Shown one piece after another: positions 47,694 to 47,828 of a stretch of 47,828 nt of DNA; the stretch's first letter is position 1, and each line of letters starts with the position of its first letter. Source of the stretch: Octopus bimaculoides (Eukaryota); the NCBI RefSeq assembly GCF_001194135.2, contig NC_068983.1, forward strand, positions 37,236,010 through 37,283,837, given 5' to 3'. The position numbers and the translations under genes are program-made. The notes beneath the pieces were generated by a model, which was not told the origin of the DNA, did not search any database, and worked only from the letters and a program-made list of their open reading frames with translations.

Positions 47694-47828
47694 ATTGTAT
47701 ACACCTGTATTACTCACCTAGTGTGTAAAATATAATTGTATACACCTGTATTACTCACCTAGTGTGTAAAATATAATTGTATACACCTGTATTACTCACC
47801 TAGTGTGTAACATATAATTGTATGCACC
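47694..47828. repeat. 41-bp minisatellite, at least 3.3 copies, running off the window
   Basis: acacctgtat starts at 47701, 47742 and 47783; the units are almost identical. Confidence 0.95.

Overview
Eukaryotic, AT-rich and repeat-saturated non-coding DNA (intronic or intergenic) with eight assembly gaps. The SINE families, RTE tails and microsatellite load look like an octopus (coleoid cephalopod) genome; this is inferred from recalled repeat families, not from a database hit. No intact host gene, rRNA, tRNA gene or CRISPR array is supportable. The long ORFs in the track are microsatellite or N-gap artefacts, or decayed retroelement fragments. Recognisable content: many copies of three tRNA-headed SINE families and a fourth interspersed repeat; RTE-clade LINE RT fragments and 3' tails; a CR1-type LINE 3' end; two Penelope-like GIY-YIG fragments; a CRE-like non-LTR 3' end with a restriction-like endonuclease; a hAT MITE with an 8-bp TSD inside a SINE; three related solo LTRs at 21.2-24.8 kb (one nested in another, two with 4-bp TSDs); and a 3'-truncated U2 snRNA fragment. 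I found no convincing new multi-gene system. The best leads are the solo-LTR cluster with its invariant U5 stem and CCAAT/E-box/TATA module, the U2 fragment, the CRE-like element, a perfect 22-bp hairpin apparently made by template switching, and a candidate 33-nt microexon. Coordinates of decayed repeats are approximate.
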